A DNA stretch of 64,000 bases from Ginglymostoma cirratum (Eukaryota): positions 4,235,349 through 4,299,348 of the forward strand of contig JAHRHZ010000217.1 in assembly GCA_024137785.1 (NCBI GenBank), written 5' to 3'. The notes below the pieces were generated by a model that worked only from the letters and a program-made list of their open reading frames with translations, made no database searches and had not been told where the DNA came from. The position numbers and the translations under genes were made by a program. Positions 1 to 14,037 of this stretch are shown here, piece by piece (the stretch's first letter is position 1; each line of letters begins with the position of its first letter).

Positions 1-907
1 TGTTGGTGTCGTAGTTCCGCGTCCTTGCATCCTGGTCGGTGAAGAGGGGAAAACGCACCTTTTGCGCACAGAGCCGGATAAGTGGAAGTGCTAGGTTCAG
101 CTGATGCCAAACTAGACGGTCTGCCGCTGCAGAAATCCATTAACCAAGATATTTAGTTGCAATTAGCTCTGTTCTGTGTCCACTGGCTGTGAAGTCGTGC
201 AGCAGGATGGTGCAGGAGAAAAGAGAAAGAGATGGCCTATGGATGACTTAGTCACTGGGAATAGAAATACCTGGCGATCTGGTGGTCCACCTGCAAGTTG
301 CTTTGGTTTTATCGGGCGAAGTAGAATCGGTTTGCTAAATCTTCCAAAGTGGAAATTTACACGTAATTTGGTAATTTAGTGGCTACGTGCAGTCGGTGAC
401 TGCAATCTGCTTGAATTCGCTTTAAAATTATCCGAGTAGCCACAGAACCCCTCCTTCAACTGCTCCCTATCACCTCCGTCTCAATTCACCCACTTTAATA
501 TTCTCAATGTTCTCTGTACCGTAAACACTGGTCTTCTCTAGCGCCCACTCCTAGACATTATAGACGGTCCGTAGTAGGCTCAGTACGCTGCAGGGACTCT
601 AAATAAACAGTGTCCGCCAAATTTATTGATTAAGGTGAGTAAAAGAGTTGCCCCCGATCAGCGCTAATGCTTTTAATTAAGTGCTCTGCTCAACCTGCTT
701 AACAGAGACCTGCCCAGCAGAGAGGACCAGACATTAACAGGCGATGCTGAAAAACAGGACTCCTGCGTTGTTAAGAAGTTAAATACGATTTTAAGCTTTT
801 GTTTTTGTTTCAACGTTTTAACCTTGGGGGTGGGTGGGGTTTTAAAACAAACCTGACCATATTCGATCAGCAACTGTTCGACTTCTCAAGCTACCAAAAT
901 TCAGTTG

Positions 908-925
908 TGACACTAGGTGGCGGTA
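908..925 (+). promoter_or_regulatory. Candidate distal CTCF site
   Basis: TGACACTAGGTGGCGGTA resembles the CCACTAGGTGGCG core with one mismatch; it lies in a CpG-retaining block. Confidence 0.4.
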
Positions 926-2469
926 TTGATCCATTTCTGATGCACCAAGTTTTTGTGATTTTGGCTTTGAGAAAGCAGCTCCATCCATCATAACTGCAAA
1001 GATTCGCACAACCCCTGTGCGTGAAGGTATTTGATGCTTATTTTAATCTTCATACGTGCCAGTTTTCCTTCGATTTACATTTGGCTGAACGCAGTGACTC
1101 ATCCCCCGACCCCATAGGCGGTCTTTGCTATTCCTTACACAAATCTTTTCATTGTAATTGGCATTTCCGATCAAATGTCCCCTCCACACGGTAGGATCGA
1201 ACATCTACATCACTGTACTCTTGCGCTGCGACCTTCGAGGCTCTTGCTCACCATCAAATTTTATTTGCCCTGGAGACTTTCCTCAATAAAAGCTTCTAGC
1301 TCGACTCTGGAGCACTCCTGTAAAATTGCAATGCCATAGGCATTATCTATCGCGCAGGTTAAAGCTAACGGGATCAGAACTAGATCATGCTGGCAAGCAC
1401 CTGTTGGAGTCCCGCAAATGCAAGATACTTGCATCTTGCTCCTAACTCTAAGCCCGATTGCGTTTCAATATTAAGGAATGACTTGTTTGCAGGGTGCAGA
1501 GCTGCAAGTAATAAACATGCAGCAGAAGTATGCATTGTCTGCAAGCAATTTTATCACTGCTAGGCAGTCTCTCGTCTCTTTAACCATAAGATTTGGCTTC
1601 AGGGCGGCTTTTATTCGTGTTTGTATATCATAGATTTAACAGCAGTACTAACAGAAGCGGTGGATCGGATCACTATGACTGGAAGTGACTGCATTTGCCG
1701 ACGTCTGCCGAGAACCAGTATAAAGCTGCATTTGGGCGAGAATTGTGGCGTCGGGACGCTGCAGCTCTCAATGCAGCCGGGATTCAATCAGTTCTCGACG
1801 GGAACAGGGAGAATCGGGGCGTTCTGCAGAAGGGGCCCTAATCTGGGACTTAACATTCAACTTGTCCCGACATCTGTGGCAAACCCAAAATGTAACGCGA
1901 ATGTCCCTTTCGAATCAAACTCTTGTGTCTGCTGAAAGAATCACAACATCCATCCGTGACTGGTAAACAAATTTCCAAAGAAATGTCATCCTTCCACGAT
2001 TAAAACTATGTCTTGATCGGGAATACAGTACTGTTCGCGCGAGTGACTGGAAATCGTACTTGCAGTTATATGTTTAAAGGAGAATTACGTGTTCATCATG
2101 CGTTATGTCCTTATGAGCGACATGTGATGGCTTCCCTCTGTTATTTACATTACACAATGCAAAGGAAACAAAATGCTTCTTTTTAAATTAAAAAATAACA
2201 ATTATTAAATAAAAAGCAAAAGTATCTATTTTGATTTATTTTCCGATATAATCAAAGGTTGCAAATACCATTTATTTTACAATCCTGTCACTAATCTGAG
2301 TGATGAATATCACTGAAACAAATATTGAGCAAAAGATACAACAATAAATTTGATTGTGTTAGGGAACTGACAAAATATAAAATACTGCTGGTTTAGATCT
2401 AAGTCAGTGGATGTAAAATATTTATCACAGTAACGAGGTATAGAGGCACACAAGCAAAAATATAAGGTA

Positions 2470-3370
2470 CTGTTTTTTCTCTGTAAATCTGAAAGCAAAG
2501 CAACAAATGTTGAAAACACAGGGCAGGTCAAGCAGCCTTGCTGGCGACAGAAACTGAGTGCTGTGTTAGATCATTGACTTTCTCATCAGAATTGGGAAAT
2601 TAGAAACATAATCAATTTTCAGCAAGTGTAAGAGGGGAGTGTGAGGAGATGACCAAAAGGAAGATGCGGATGATGGGTGGAATTGATTGACAAAAAGGTT
2701 GATGTCACAGGTCCAAAGGAACCAAAGAAACAAAAAATGAGTCCAGAAGAGGTGTGAATGGCACAATAATGGCAGCTGCCATCTGGGAGAGAAAGGAAAA
2801 GAAGAGGCAGTGAGTGAAAATGAATGAGTATAAAAGAAAACTAATCGAATGGGGGAAGATGCCATGGTTTGAAATGGTTGATCACAATGTTGAGGAACTA
2901 AAAGCCTGTAAGCTGGCTAATTGGAAAATGATGGTGCTCTTTCTCAAGCTTCTGTTGAGCTTCACTAGAAAGCTGCAGTATGTTGAGGAGAGCAAGTTTG
3001 TTTTGAGAGAGAGGTGCTGAATTAAAGTGACAAGTGACTTGGAAGCTCAGAAGCATGCTTGAGGCCCGAATGGAAATGATGTGCAAAGTAATGACCCAAT
3101 CTGCATCTGGCCATTCCAATGTGGAGCTGATCACTTTTCATCATAATGTTGTGGCAGCATCAGATTCAGTGAACTAAACCAAATGACACACATACAAATC
3201 ATTGTTTCACTTTGATGAAGTATTGAGGGCTTGGACATTTACTGTGAAAGAGGATCTCTTCAATTTCGTGGTTAGATACTATGGGAAGTGGTTGAGATGG
3301 TGGAGACTGAGTAACAAACCAAGGTGTGGCTGAGGGAACAATCCCTCTGGAATGCTATAAAGGGAGACAA
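2470..3370 (-). mobile_element. Old, degraded PLE 3' fragment
   Basis: Terminal-repeat-like sequence at 2480-2590 with minus-strand CTGATGA, then a purine-rich (antisense C-rich) UTR. Near 3320-3356 the minus strand reads AFQRDCSLSHTLV, similar to AFWGDHSLQDSLV in the 57049 ORF. Confidence 0.65.
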
Positions 3371-4074
3371 GGCATGTTTGATTGTGATGTAATTCCTTGT
3401 ATGTGGCCTGGAAGTGGATTTGAACTCATAAACTTCTGCATCAGGGCCAAGAGTGCTACCAGCTGAACCACAACTGACATAAACTGACCAGCTGAGTGGT
3501 TAAAAAGAAATCTGTTTGGAGGATACAAGGAGTTACCAAAGACATTTGTGAGTGACAATGCTAGAATGGAAGGAAGTGGTGGTGAGAAGGTTTTACTGTG
3601 AACAGACCAGAGTGGGGTGAGCCAGAGGCACAACAAATTATAAGGAGAGATAATTCTAAATTCCATCCATGTCCTTTTTCCACCAGAACTAAAAACACAA
3701 AAGTGTGAGCAAATGCACTTTCTTCAATGAAAAATACATGGAATTAGCCCTGGATATCAAGATAATCCGTGCATAACTGGATGTTGTGAATAAAATTCAT
3801 GTGTTTAAGCTATGTATCCATTATTTCAACATCCTCCAATAATGAGACCAGCTGAGGTCAATTGAAATATTGTTCAATTCAGTATTTTTCAAGTTGTAAA
3901 GCTTTCTTTAGAAAATAAACCAATGCTAAAACATGATTCAGATCAAGATAGAAATATATCCACTGAGTTGAATATTTTGGTTCCAAAAATGTGCCTGCAA
4001 ACAACAAATCCTACCATGTCCCAACCATTGTGGGGTTACAGGCTGTTGTGTGTAATTTTCCTGTGACACAATTC

Positions 4075-4798
4075 CCAACAAAGGAACTTGGGGTACTTGT
4101 GCATGAAACGCAGAAAGCTAGCAGGTACAGCAGGTTATCAGGAATGCTAATGGAATTTTTGGCCCTTGTTTGTAGGGGTTTGGAATGATAGAGTAGAGCA
4201 GTTTTACTGCAATTGTAAAAGGTGTTGGTGAGATCACATATAGAGTACTGTGAGCGGTTTTGGTTCCCTTATTTAAGGAATGATATTGTTTCATTGCAGG
4301 AAATTCAGAGAAGGTTCACTAGGATGATCCCCAGTGTGAAGGGATTGTCTAATGTGCAAGAGCTAAAACCGGTTGGGACTCATTGGAGTTTAGAAGAATA
4401 AAATGTGATCTCATTGAAACATACAGGATTCTGAAGGGGCTTGACAAGATAAATTCTGAGAGGATGTTTCCCCTCATGGAAGAGGCTAGGACCAAACAGC
4501 ATTGTCTCAGAATAAAGAGGTGCCAATTTAAGACTGAGACAAGGAGGAATTTCTTCTCTCAGAGGGTTGTGAGTCTTTGTAACTCATTGCCACAGAGAGC
4601 TGTGGGGGCAGAGGCCTCGGTATCTTCCAGACTGAGATACATTTCCGATCAGTCGGGGAATCACGGGTTATGGGAAAATGCGGGAAATTGAACGTGAGGA
4701 ATGTAGGAAAGTTCATGATCATATTGAATAGTACAGCAATCTCAATAGGCTGAACAACCTAATCCTGTTCCTATTTCATATGGTTTTATGGTTTATAA
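4075..4798 (+). mobile_element. CR1-clade LINE 3' fragment
   Basis: ORF 4383 reads RRIKCDLIETYRILKGLDK...RRNFFSQRVVSLCNSLP (CR1 ORF2 C-terminus), followed by a short-repeat tail. Confidence 0.85.
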
Positions 4799-5750
4799 GA
4801 TGCCATTGTTCTGATGTGCTCCGTATGCGTCACAGATTCATCAGTTACAGGGTGATGACGACTAGCAGACTACATGTCAGTGGAGAGCTTATTGAGCGAT
4901 GGTAAAAATACACGATATGGTTTCTAATACCTGGTGTATAATTTGCAAAGTGGTTCTTCATTTAAATATTTGTTCAGCGCCAGTGTGCCCTGCCCAGAGT
5001 TAACGTGTTGCAAATAAAGGGAGCTAACATGAGGAGGGAACATTTTCCAGACAATCATTGAATAGAATAACCAAGTCAGCATCTTCTAAGGCTATTTTCT
5101 TATGGCGTAATATCTCTCCTGCGCTTTCAATCTAGATTCGGGGGAAATGCACATAAAATGGACACGTGCCGCTTGCGCAGTTTATATTACTGTCAGAATT
5201 CCCGGCTGGCTGAGAAACTGATTTTTGCACAACACTGGTCATCCTCAAGATCCCAGCAAAAGGGATTCGCGAGAGGCACATGGACGTGACTCATTATTCG
5301 GTCGACCTTTTTCAAGTGGGGCTATGTCCGTCAGTGGGTCATTTGCCGTTTTGCATAGACGGCTTGCTGTGCATTGCAATGCGCATTACAGTTCTGCAAA
5401 GAAAAGTACTCACGCACGAAGCGTTCACGCTTCCAAATCGCAGTTGATGTATGTTAAATGATATACGAAGCTGCAGCTGTCTCACGGCAGCTATTATCAC
5501 ATTCAAATAGGAATAGCAAGCATTACAGATGGAACACCGGGAAACCCTGATACAGGCTTCAGAAAGCGAGGTGCAAGTGCATGAAGGAACAACGAGACCA
5601 CACTGAGCCAAGCTTGCACCTACTCATGTGTAAATATATGCACATAAACATTACGTGTACAAACTCTTGAACACAAACCATTTCACCCCCTACGAACTTG
5701 AGAAACCCGAAGTGGTTGTGCGGTCATTCGTACTTATCGCCGAAGCGGCA

Positions 5751-5965
5751 GGGGATCGGTTAGCTCAGATGTCTGGAAGGCTGGCTTGTAATGTACATAA
5801 AATACCAACAGCGTGGGTTCATTCCACTGACAGCTGAGGTTACCCTGAAGAGCTCTTCTCGACCTCTCTTCTGGCCTGAGTCGTGGTGACCACCAGGTTA
5901 GACCACCACCAGTCCTCTCTTTACACCAAAAGAGTAGCCCTCTGGGACAATGGCTACTTTACCTT
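5751..5965 (+). mobile_element. tRNA-derived SINE (family A)
   Basis: A-box-like TAGCTCAG and B-box-like GGGTTCATTCC; homologous to the minus-strand copy at 37655-37860. Confidence 0.7.
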
Positions 5966-6025
5966 GGCACGGGGACCTTGTAGTTGCACCAGAGTCAATG
6001 CTCGTGTTCCTCCAGCACTGACCGT

Positions 6026-6320
6026 AGAATCCGTACGTTGTGGAATCAGGCCATTCGGCCTATAGAGACCACACCAACCCTCTGAAGAGTCTACCCTATC
6101 CCTGTAACCCTGCATTTCCCATGACTCATCCACATAGCCTGGATACGATGGGCAATTTAGCATGGCCAATCCACCTTAACCTGCACATCTTTGGACTGTG
6201 CAAGGAAATCCACGCAGACACAGGGAGAATGTGCAAACTCCACACAGCTTTCCCAAAGATGGAATGGAACCTAGGTCCCTGGTGCTGTAAGACAGCAGTG
6301 CTAACTACTGAGCCACTGTG
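6026..6320 (-). mobile_element. HE1-type (V-SINE) tRNA-derived SINE
   Basis: The minus strand begins CACAGTGGCTCAGTAGTTAGCAC; core CACAGTCCAAAGATGTGCAGGTTAAGGTGGATTGGCCATGCTAAATTGCCC; CR1-like tail. Confidence 0.85.
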
Positions 6321-6431
6321 TAAATGAAAATTGTCTCTGACCCAAATAATAAAAGTGGTAACACCATATGGAGGGAAGCCAGAACGAAACAATGAAGTGG
6401 ACCATGACCCATGAATTAAATACCTTGCAGA

Positions 6432-6785
6432 CTTTTATAAAATCATAATAAGGTGAATAGCCAAAGTCTTTTCCACAGGACAGGGGAGTCCAAAAATAGA
6501 GGGAATAGGGGAGAGATTTAAAAGGGACCTGCGCGGCAACTTTTTCACACAGAGTGTGGTGCATACATGGAATGAGCTGACAGAGGAAGTGGTAGATATG
6601 AGTACAATTAGAACATTTAAAAGACATTTGGACAGGTACAAGGAGGAAAGGTTTAGAAGGATATAGGCCAAACACAGGCACATGGGACCAGTTCAGTTCA
6701 GTTCAGCATACCTGATCAGCGTGGATGAGTTGGCCACATGGGCTGTTTCTGTGCTGTATGATTCTATGACCTTGTGACTCTATGG
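6432..6785 (+). mobile_element. CR1-clade LINE 3' fragment
   Basis: RFKRDLRGNFFTQSVVHTWNEL-type C-terminus and TTCTATGA-like tail. Confidence 0.8.
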
Positions 6786-6997
6786 TCAATTTAAACGTAA
6801 AGGAGCTAAATTTAAATCAACAAGAGAAGAGCAAGATTGGGTGAGTTTTACTCCTGAACTGGAGCTTGTCCACTCTGTCTGTTCTGTTTCTTCTGTTTCT
6901 ATGTCTCCTTTGGCATCTTTCTTTTTGTTTTCTTTTAACCTCCCATCCTCGGACGGTATTGGCAATGTCCAGGGTGAAAGCCAGCGCAGACTCCCGC

Positions 6998-7507
6998 CCT
7001 CAGCTTGGACTCAATTCCAGCCTCTGTGTGGATTCAAACTTCCAGCCTCAACTTGGACTTGACTCCAGCCTTTGTGTGGACTTGAGCTCCTGGCCTCAAC
7101 TTGGACTCAAGTCCAGCCTCTGTGTGGTCTCCAACTCTTGGCCTCAGCTTGGACTTGACGTTGGGCCTCAGGGTGGGCTTGATTCTGAGCCTCAGAGTGG
7201 ACTCAAACTCCCAGCCACAGCATGGACTCAAACTTTCAGCATCGGCGTGGACTCGACTCGGGGCCTCAGCGTGGACTCAAACTCTCAGCATCAGTGTGGA
7301 CTTGACTTCCAGCCTCAATGTGAACTTAAACTCCCAGCCTTAGCATGAACTCAAATTCTCAGCATCAGTGTGGACTCGAACTCCTGGCCTCAGCATCACA
7401 TCAAACTCTTGGTCTCAGTGTGGACTTGGACACCCGCCTCAGCGTGGCCTTGAACTCCACTCCTAGCCTCAGTGTGTCCTCGAATTTCTGGCCCCAATGT
7501 GAACTGG
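6998..7507. repeat. Minisatellite, ~20 copies of a 23-25 bp unit (CCTCAGYGTGGACTCRAACTCCCAG), starting as a 48-bp dimer
   Basis: Units read directly from the sequence; translation shows a 16-aa period (PQLGLxSSLCVxxxx). Confidence 0.9.
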
Positions 7508-8049
7508 AAAATGAGCTTTGTATCTGAAGGTAGCATATCAGTTAAACAATACCCCACCATCTCAACAACAAGAAGGCAGTCAGAGCAGAGAAGCAAATCA
7601 TAAAGGAATCAAATAGGTTCAAAGCAGAACCTTACAGTAAATGTTCAATGATTGCTTCCTTCAAGTATTCACAAATAATTGCATGGACTGTATGTCTTCC
7701 CCAAAGGTATAATGAACAAAAGCAATGGGGTAATTTTAATTCCCAGCAATTGTATGGTGGTTGGCATTGGTCCAGTAGTTATTGTACCCTGCCTAATTCT
7801 ATTAAAATCAATGGAAAGTAAAATTAAGCTTGTGTTTAATGGGTGACCAATTTTATTTTCCTCATTTTGTGCCATCGCTACAACTTACAATTGTCCACAA
7901 GGACAATGTCAAAAATGATGTGCAAGTCCTCAAAAAGCATAATGAACTCAAAACAAACAAATCTTCATTGATAGATTGTTTCATTCTAGAGATCAGACAG
8001 CCCTGGAAAGAATTTTATAAAGCACTGGAAATCATTGGCAAGGAGTCAA

Positions 8050-9290
8050 TGGACACTGGAGCTGTATCACATAGCATTGGACAGAGGTTATTGAAATGTA
8101 CGTACTTCAAAGGGGTAATAGGTCATCTATAGATTCCATTGCATATGCAATAATGGGATTCATATTAGGAGTAATACTGAGAGTCATCTAGAGTACACTA
8201 AATTCAGTCAACATTGATTCAGGAAAGAAAGATTCTGTCTGATCAATTCTATCAACGTCTTTGTGAAAATGAAAATCCAGTTGTACTATAAAATCCATAT
8301 GATTGAATGTGCTATGACTTTCCAAAGGCATTTAATAAAGTTCCATATGAAAGGCTACTAATTAAACTCAAAACTGTGGACGTTCATGACACAACATGCA
8401 TTTGGATAGGAAATAGACTGAAATGTAGCAATTTCAGACTGCTGTGAACACAGAACAGAATATTTTAAGTTAGATAATGTCAAATTTAATTTTAACTGTT
8501 ATTTTTAATATTCCTAAATGACCTGAATTTAGAAACTGAATTCCACATAGTCAAATTTTGAAACACCACCAAGGTGAAAGGAGAAACTGGAGTGAAGGGC
8601 CAAAATTTTCCAAAATGAATTCAGCAGGACATACATGTAATCAGAATGGTGAAAGATAAAATCTAACACAGAAAGTATTAAAATGCTACACAGACAAAAA
8701 AAAAAGCAACTTCTTTTGTAAGGTTAAAACAGCTAAACATGAAAAAATGACTGAAGAGTTTTTGTGCACACAGAACAGTAATCAACAAAATCAATGGGAT
8801 GCTGAACTACAAAGGCAAAAATGACAAAATACACATCAGAGGTGATAGTTATCAAAATTTATAGAGCTTACATCATATTGCACCTTGAATGCCATTTGAG
8901 TATTGGTTACCATGAAACCATTGAAAGATATTCGAGCTGATCCCTAATGACGGAGTTTAAGTTATGATGAAACATTACTAATCAACATCTGTAATATAAC
9001 TCATCATAAAAGAATCTGGTTGTACAAGTCATCACAGGTGTATTTGTAGTGCTATATAAGATTGTAATAAAATAGTCAGAGTTAACTTGGATTATTACTT
9101 TCAATTAAAGTGTAGCTGTACAGCAATGCCACATAGGTTCAACACAGTAAAAAGTAATTTTAAGATGCATATCAGGGAATTTTTTCACATTAAATGTGTG
9201 AATGTATTGAATAAACCTCAGCATAGGGAATGAAAGTAGAAAAGCTCTGTAGTAATTTAAGAAATAATTGGATGGTGCATTTGGGGTGAG
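8050..9290 (+). mobile_element. Highly degraded CR1-type RT remnant
   Basis: ~8316-8380 reads DFPKAFNKVPYERLLIKLKTV (CR1 motif DFxKAFDKVPHxRL); the sequence is AT-eroded. Confidence 0.6.
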
Positions 9291-10469
9291 GTATTAAGAT
9301 CCCCTACCATATGTCAAAGAGGTCCACTGGAGCGTTTGGAAAGTTAGTTACTTATTTTCAAGTATTTTTAAAGTTAGGAGAAAATGGAAACAACAGCCTT
9401 GTTCTTGTAATGTCAACCAGAAAGAGAAACTTTGAAAGTATGTAGGTATATAGAACATCTTTGCTACTGTGCAAAATGTTGTCAGCGTGCTTTCTTGGAT
9501 AAGCCTTCCACATCTATAACATTGCCATGTCATAAAATAATTTTGTTAAATAAAGGGTGTGTTAAAGACGTGGAATGTTTTAAATGATTAGTTAGTACAT
9601 ACAAACATATTGACCTTATGAAGACTGTAAACTGATTAAATTTGAGAATTGTCATATATCCCAGGCCTGAATTGCAATTATAGTAGTGCACTGAATGTAA
9701 GGCAAAATAGTTTGATATAAGGGCACAAATGATGGATAACATAATGAAGTTTCATGTAATAAACAAAATGTTGCAAAGATGGTCAAAATTATTTTTTTAC
9801 AATATTTTGTGCAGTGTTATGAAAAAGCTATTATGAAGTATTATTAAATGTCTTTATAAAACTCCATACTTTTAGAAAGGACAACAAGGGTTAGGATTCA
9901 GTATATATTCAACTTTTTTTCAAATACTTATTGACTAAAACTCGTTCTGATTCAAATATTTTGATGAAAGTTATTTTAAATTGTACCATGAACATGAAAA
10001 AATGGGGTGTTATGAAAGTCTCATTAACTAGATGTCAGCACATTGGGAAACAACATCCTTAATCTTGTTACTAATGAGCAGACGCTGTCAATGAGCACCG
10101 TGGTTATTCACAGTGTTAATGAGCTCCATGAAAATATCCAGTTTAATGATGCAGTTATACTGCACTGACTGGTTTAAAACTAGTACAATATAGAAGCTGC
10201 TATGAGGCAGAAACATTATGTTTACTTTCGGCTCTACACCATTCTTCAATCGCAAAACGTTGAAACATGCGTCTACTTTTTGCTTGGCCAATACGTGTAG
10301 CTTAGAATGTAAACATTGTTTTCCTGCATCTCAGACTGAACTTAATATCAAAGGAACTCAGCACATGAACACAATTTGCAGTCAAAGCTTGCTGCATGCG
10401 ACCAAAACAGAACAAGGAGATCATTGGGAGAAATTGAGCTTCTCTTATGTAACATTGAAATAACAGGCG

Positions 10470-10722
10470 ATAAAGTTCCCGGAAGGTACAAAAGGACAGA
10501 TGTCAGAGGTAGATTCTTTACTCAGAGAGTAGTAAGGAATGCCTTGACTGCAGCAGTTGTAGACTCGCCAACTTTAAGGGCGTTTAGATGGTCGTTGGAT
10601 AAACGTATGGATGATAATCGAATGGTGTAGGTTAGAGGGACTTCAGATTGGTTTCACAGGTCGGCGCAACATCGAGGGCCGAAGGGCCTGTACTGCGCTG
10701 GAACGTTCTCTGTTCTATGTTT
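10470..10722 (+). mobile_element. CR1-clade LINE 3' end
   Basis: GRYKRTDVRGRFFTQRVV and tail GGGCCGAAGGGCCTGTACTGCGCTG...TTCTATG. Confidence 0.85.
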
Positions 10723-13149
10723 TAACACCTGCACATTTTAATTTAAATATACCTCCATGCATTGCGTTGGCTGGACTTTAATGAAGTGATGTCTAATAGA
10801 GCAGATATGTCAGAACTCATATTAGTACACAAGTTGTGCTATCACATTGATATACACATGAAAAGTTTTCTTACTGACAAGAGACTGGCAATACAACTAT
10901 CTTTAAACACAAATGACCCTGCGCACAATGCAGTTGCCCTTTTCACTTGGTATGCATGTTGTAACTGTTAAATGCAAAGCGTGATTAAAGTGAATAAAGG
11001 TTCTTTTAATGCTAGGAAAAAGTTTCAACGGGACAAGCAACGGAAAATTGATGTCGTTCATTTGGTGAATGAATAACGGGGGCATTTACTCAGGAAAGTA
11101 AGAAAAGAATACTGGTAAGGTAGAAAATAATGCCGAAATATTTATTTTGGCAGCGGCCGCTACAAGTGCAGAAATGATCCATTGTTTGAAAGAGAAAATA
11201 ATGCCAGCAACTTTTGAATTATGTTTGCCGTAGTTGGTTTATTAGGAAAGTGAGCGTGATTAAACAAAGCCGTAAGAGATTACTTCTATTTAAAGCGTAT
11301 TGGTGTCTCCGGCAGGCCGGCGTTCAAGGCCATATTCCCTTGTGTTGGGAGATGATAATTCGCTCATTCTGGAGAGTGATTTACTATGGATTTTATGCCA
11401 CCGCCCGAGGAATTATAGTATTATGTATCTTCATTTATCTGAACTGAATGAGCTCAACTTCTCCCTGCAGTCGGCTTTGTTCGGTGCTTTCCGACACATC
11501 CTCTCGCATTCTCTTTCAAATGCGTTGGCCAAACATGAAGAGCCAAAAACACCACAGGAAACAGTTCATTTTTTTTTCAAATACTTTAAACACTGTGGTT
11601 AAACTCCGATCAATTATACTGCTGCCCTTCCATTAAAGTGTAGGTGACAGACATCACATGCGGGATTTTATTTTAAATTCTTTCCCCGATTTCAAGCTCA
11701 TGAGGCGGCAGGAGAGAAAAAATTAAATCACATTTTCGACTACAATCACTGCCTAGAAGCTCACCTGGTTAATCGCGTTTAAAATAACGATAAAGTTTTA
11801 GCTCAAGAAGATCAATAAAGACATTTCCAAACACTTTACATAGATAGTTCATGTCTTTCCTCTCATACTGATACATGTGGAGCGCGCAGTCAGTACAGCC
11901 GTTCTGATTATCCCAGTGCAGCGTTTGTTGTTCTGCTGGGAGTTCTTGCTTGAGGTCAAATGGGAGACTCGAGAATTAAAACTGATTTGAAACCTGCGCA
12001 CACTTCCCCAGTCTGAGAGGTGGCCGGAAACAATTGGCGTCTGTGTACCCTCGTGTAAGTGTGTGTCAGCACAGATTAGGGCTACAGCAACCATTGGTGG
12101 TGGTGATGGTTGTTGTAGGGAGAGATGACAAAGGGTGGGGGTTGGGAGTTGGGTGAAAGATTTCACAGATCCGCTCTATGGATTAAATGTAACATGATCA
12201 TTCAATAGCCAGTCGCCTTTTCTTTGAATTGCAGTCCGGTGCAGTTTTCATTCGAGCAATCCTTCCCTTGTGAAACATTTGCTTTGTAACCATGACACAG
12301 TCAATATAAATCAAACGCAATTAATAGATTTTTTTTCCGCTCTCTGATGACCGGCTCGTGAGATCTTGAGTAATTGGATACAACCTCGTAAATTCCAAAT
12401 ATGCCAACTGTAGTCCACCTGCTTCAGCGACAGCTGAATTTTTTATCATAATGTTCGATGCATGGTGAGTTTCTAAGTGGTGACAGATCAACCTGGGTTT
12501 CTTACTTTGATACAACCCAGGCTGTCTCTTCCGTCCAATACATTTGCAATGAAGATTGCAGACAGTCAATACAAGGCCACTGAGCCGGATTTAAAGGTTT
12601 CTATTCCAAGCAATGCACTTCTGGAATCACTGCTGTTTGTTTTTCAGGCCCGGAAGCATGTTTAGGCTGAAATCATTTAGATGATTGCAAGAGGGAATGA
12701 AGGCTTTCACGTTGGACCCATACAGTCGCAGCACTTACCCACCTTATTGAAAACACAGTGAAAGAAGTCACTTCCTGTTGGCTTCTTGAACCTGACTGGA
12801 AAACTGACCAAAATTCTCAAAGCGAAACCAATGTAAAGTACGTCCAATTGTTCACTCGATTTGAATATTTACAATTGTACACACATTGTTTTGTTCTAAG
12901 TACCAAGTACTATATATTTTGAACAGCACCCACTTCTGAATCAGTTCGAGTCTGCGCTGGGCTTTGTTTGCTGCTTGCTTGAAGGAGAGTGAACAAAACC
13001 AAAGGCTGCCTCTTGAAAACGTTGCCCATTCATTTTAGTACTAAGGACATGGGCAGTTCATCCGCTAATTACTTGATTTTTTAACACCGTTTAAAACAAG
13101 GTAAAAAAAGACGTTAAAGCAAAATCAGTAAATATTATTTGAATATTGT

Positions 13150-13688
13150 GAGCAACTTTGGGCCCTGTATCTAAGGAAGGATGCGCTGGCCTTGGTAGGG
13201 GCCCGGGGCGGGGTGGGGGTGGGGGGTGCGGGTGAGGTTTGCAAGAATGGTCCCGGAAAGAAAAGCTTGCCATGTGAGGAATGGTTGAGGTCTGGGTCAG
13301 TACTACATGGCACTCGGAAGCATGCAAGAGAATTGCATTGCAACCTACAGGTTACTGAGACCCCTGGATAGAGTGGACGTGGAGAAGAGTATTAGAAGTG
13401 ATGAGGAGCGGATGGCAGAGCCTCAGAGGGAGGGGAGGACCCTTTGGAACTGAGATGAGGAGGAATTTCTTCAGCCAGAGGAACTTATTGTCACAAAAGG
13501 CTATGGGGGCCAAGTTATTGATTGTCTTTAAGACAGAGACAGATAGGACCTCGAACACTAAAGGGATCAGGGGTTATGGGGAGATGACAAGAGGAGGCTG
13601 ACAAACTTATCAGCCATGATCGAATGTCGGAGCATTCTTGATGGACCGAATGCCCTACTTCTGCCCCCATATCTTATAACTTTATGGG
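13150..13688 (+). mobile_element. CR1-clade LINE 3' fragment containing a G-run tract
   Basis: GPFGTEMRRNFFSQR and a CR1 3' UTR/tail. Confidence 0.8.
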
Positions 13689-13943
13689 CCAATGAAATTG
13701 TGCATTTCCACAGATTTGCCTCTTTTTAAAACGCACCAAACAGTGGTCTCTTTGATATGGAACAGCCCAGTTCGACTGAACTTCAGGGTAAAGTCACAGT
13801 GGAGAAAAAAGTTGCTTGTTCAACCACAGACGAAAGCAGGACATACATGGTGAAATCAGTCACATTTTGGATATTTTCACCGATGTGCAAAGAGCAGTCA
13901 GAAGCCGAGCGAGGCGGGGTAAGCAATATGAAACTTTTTAAAT

Positions 13944-14037
13944 AGAGATAACAAGGTGTGGAGCTGGATGAACACAGCAGGCCAAGCAGCATCATAGGAG
14001 CAGGAAAGCTTGACGTTTCGGGCCTAGACCCTTCATC
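13944..14037 (-). mobile_element. 94-bp PLE-derived mini-element with perfect 15-bp target-site duplication
   Basis: Near-identical to the 3' end of the 57040 element. TGAAACTTTTTAAAT occurs at 13929-13943 and 14038-14052. Confidence 0.88.

Noticed and set aside
6998-7507. CRISPR-like regular repeats or a repeat protein
   Set aside because: No unique spacers, degenerate tandem units, no cas genes, vertebrate context.
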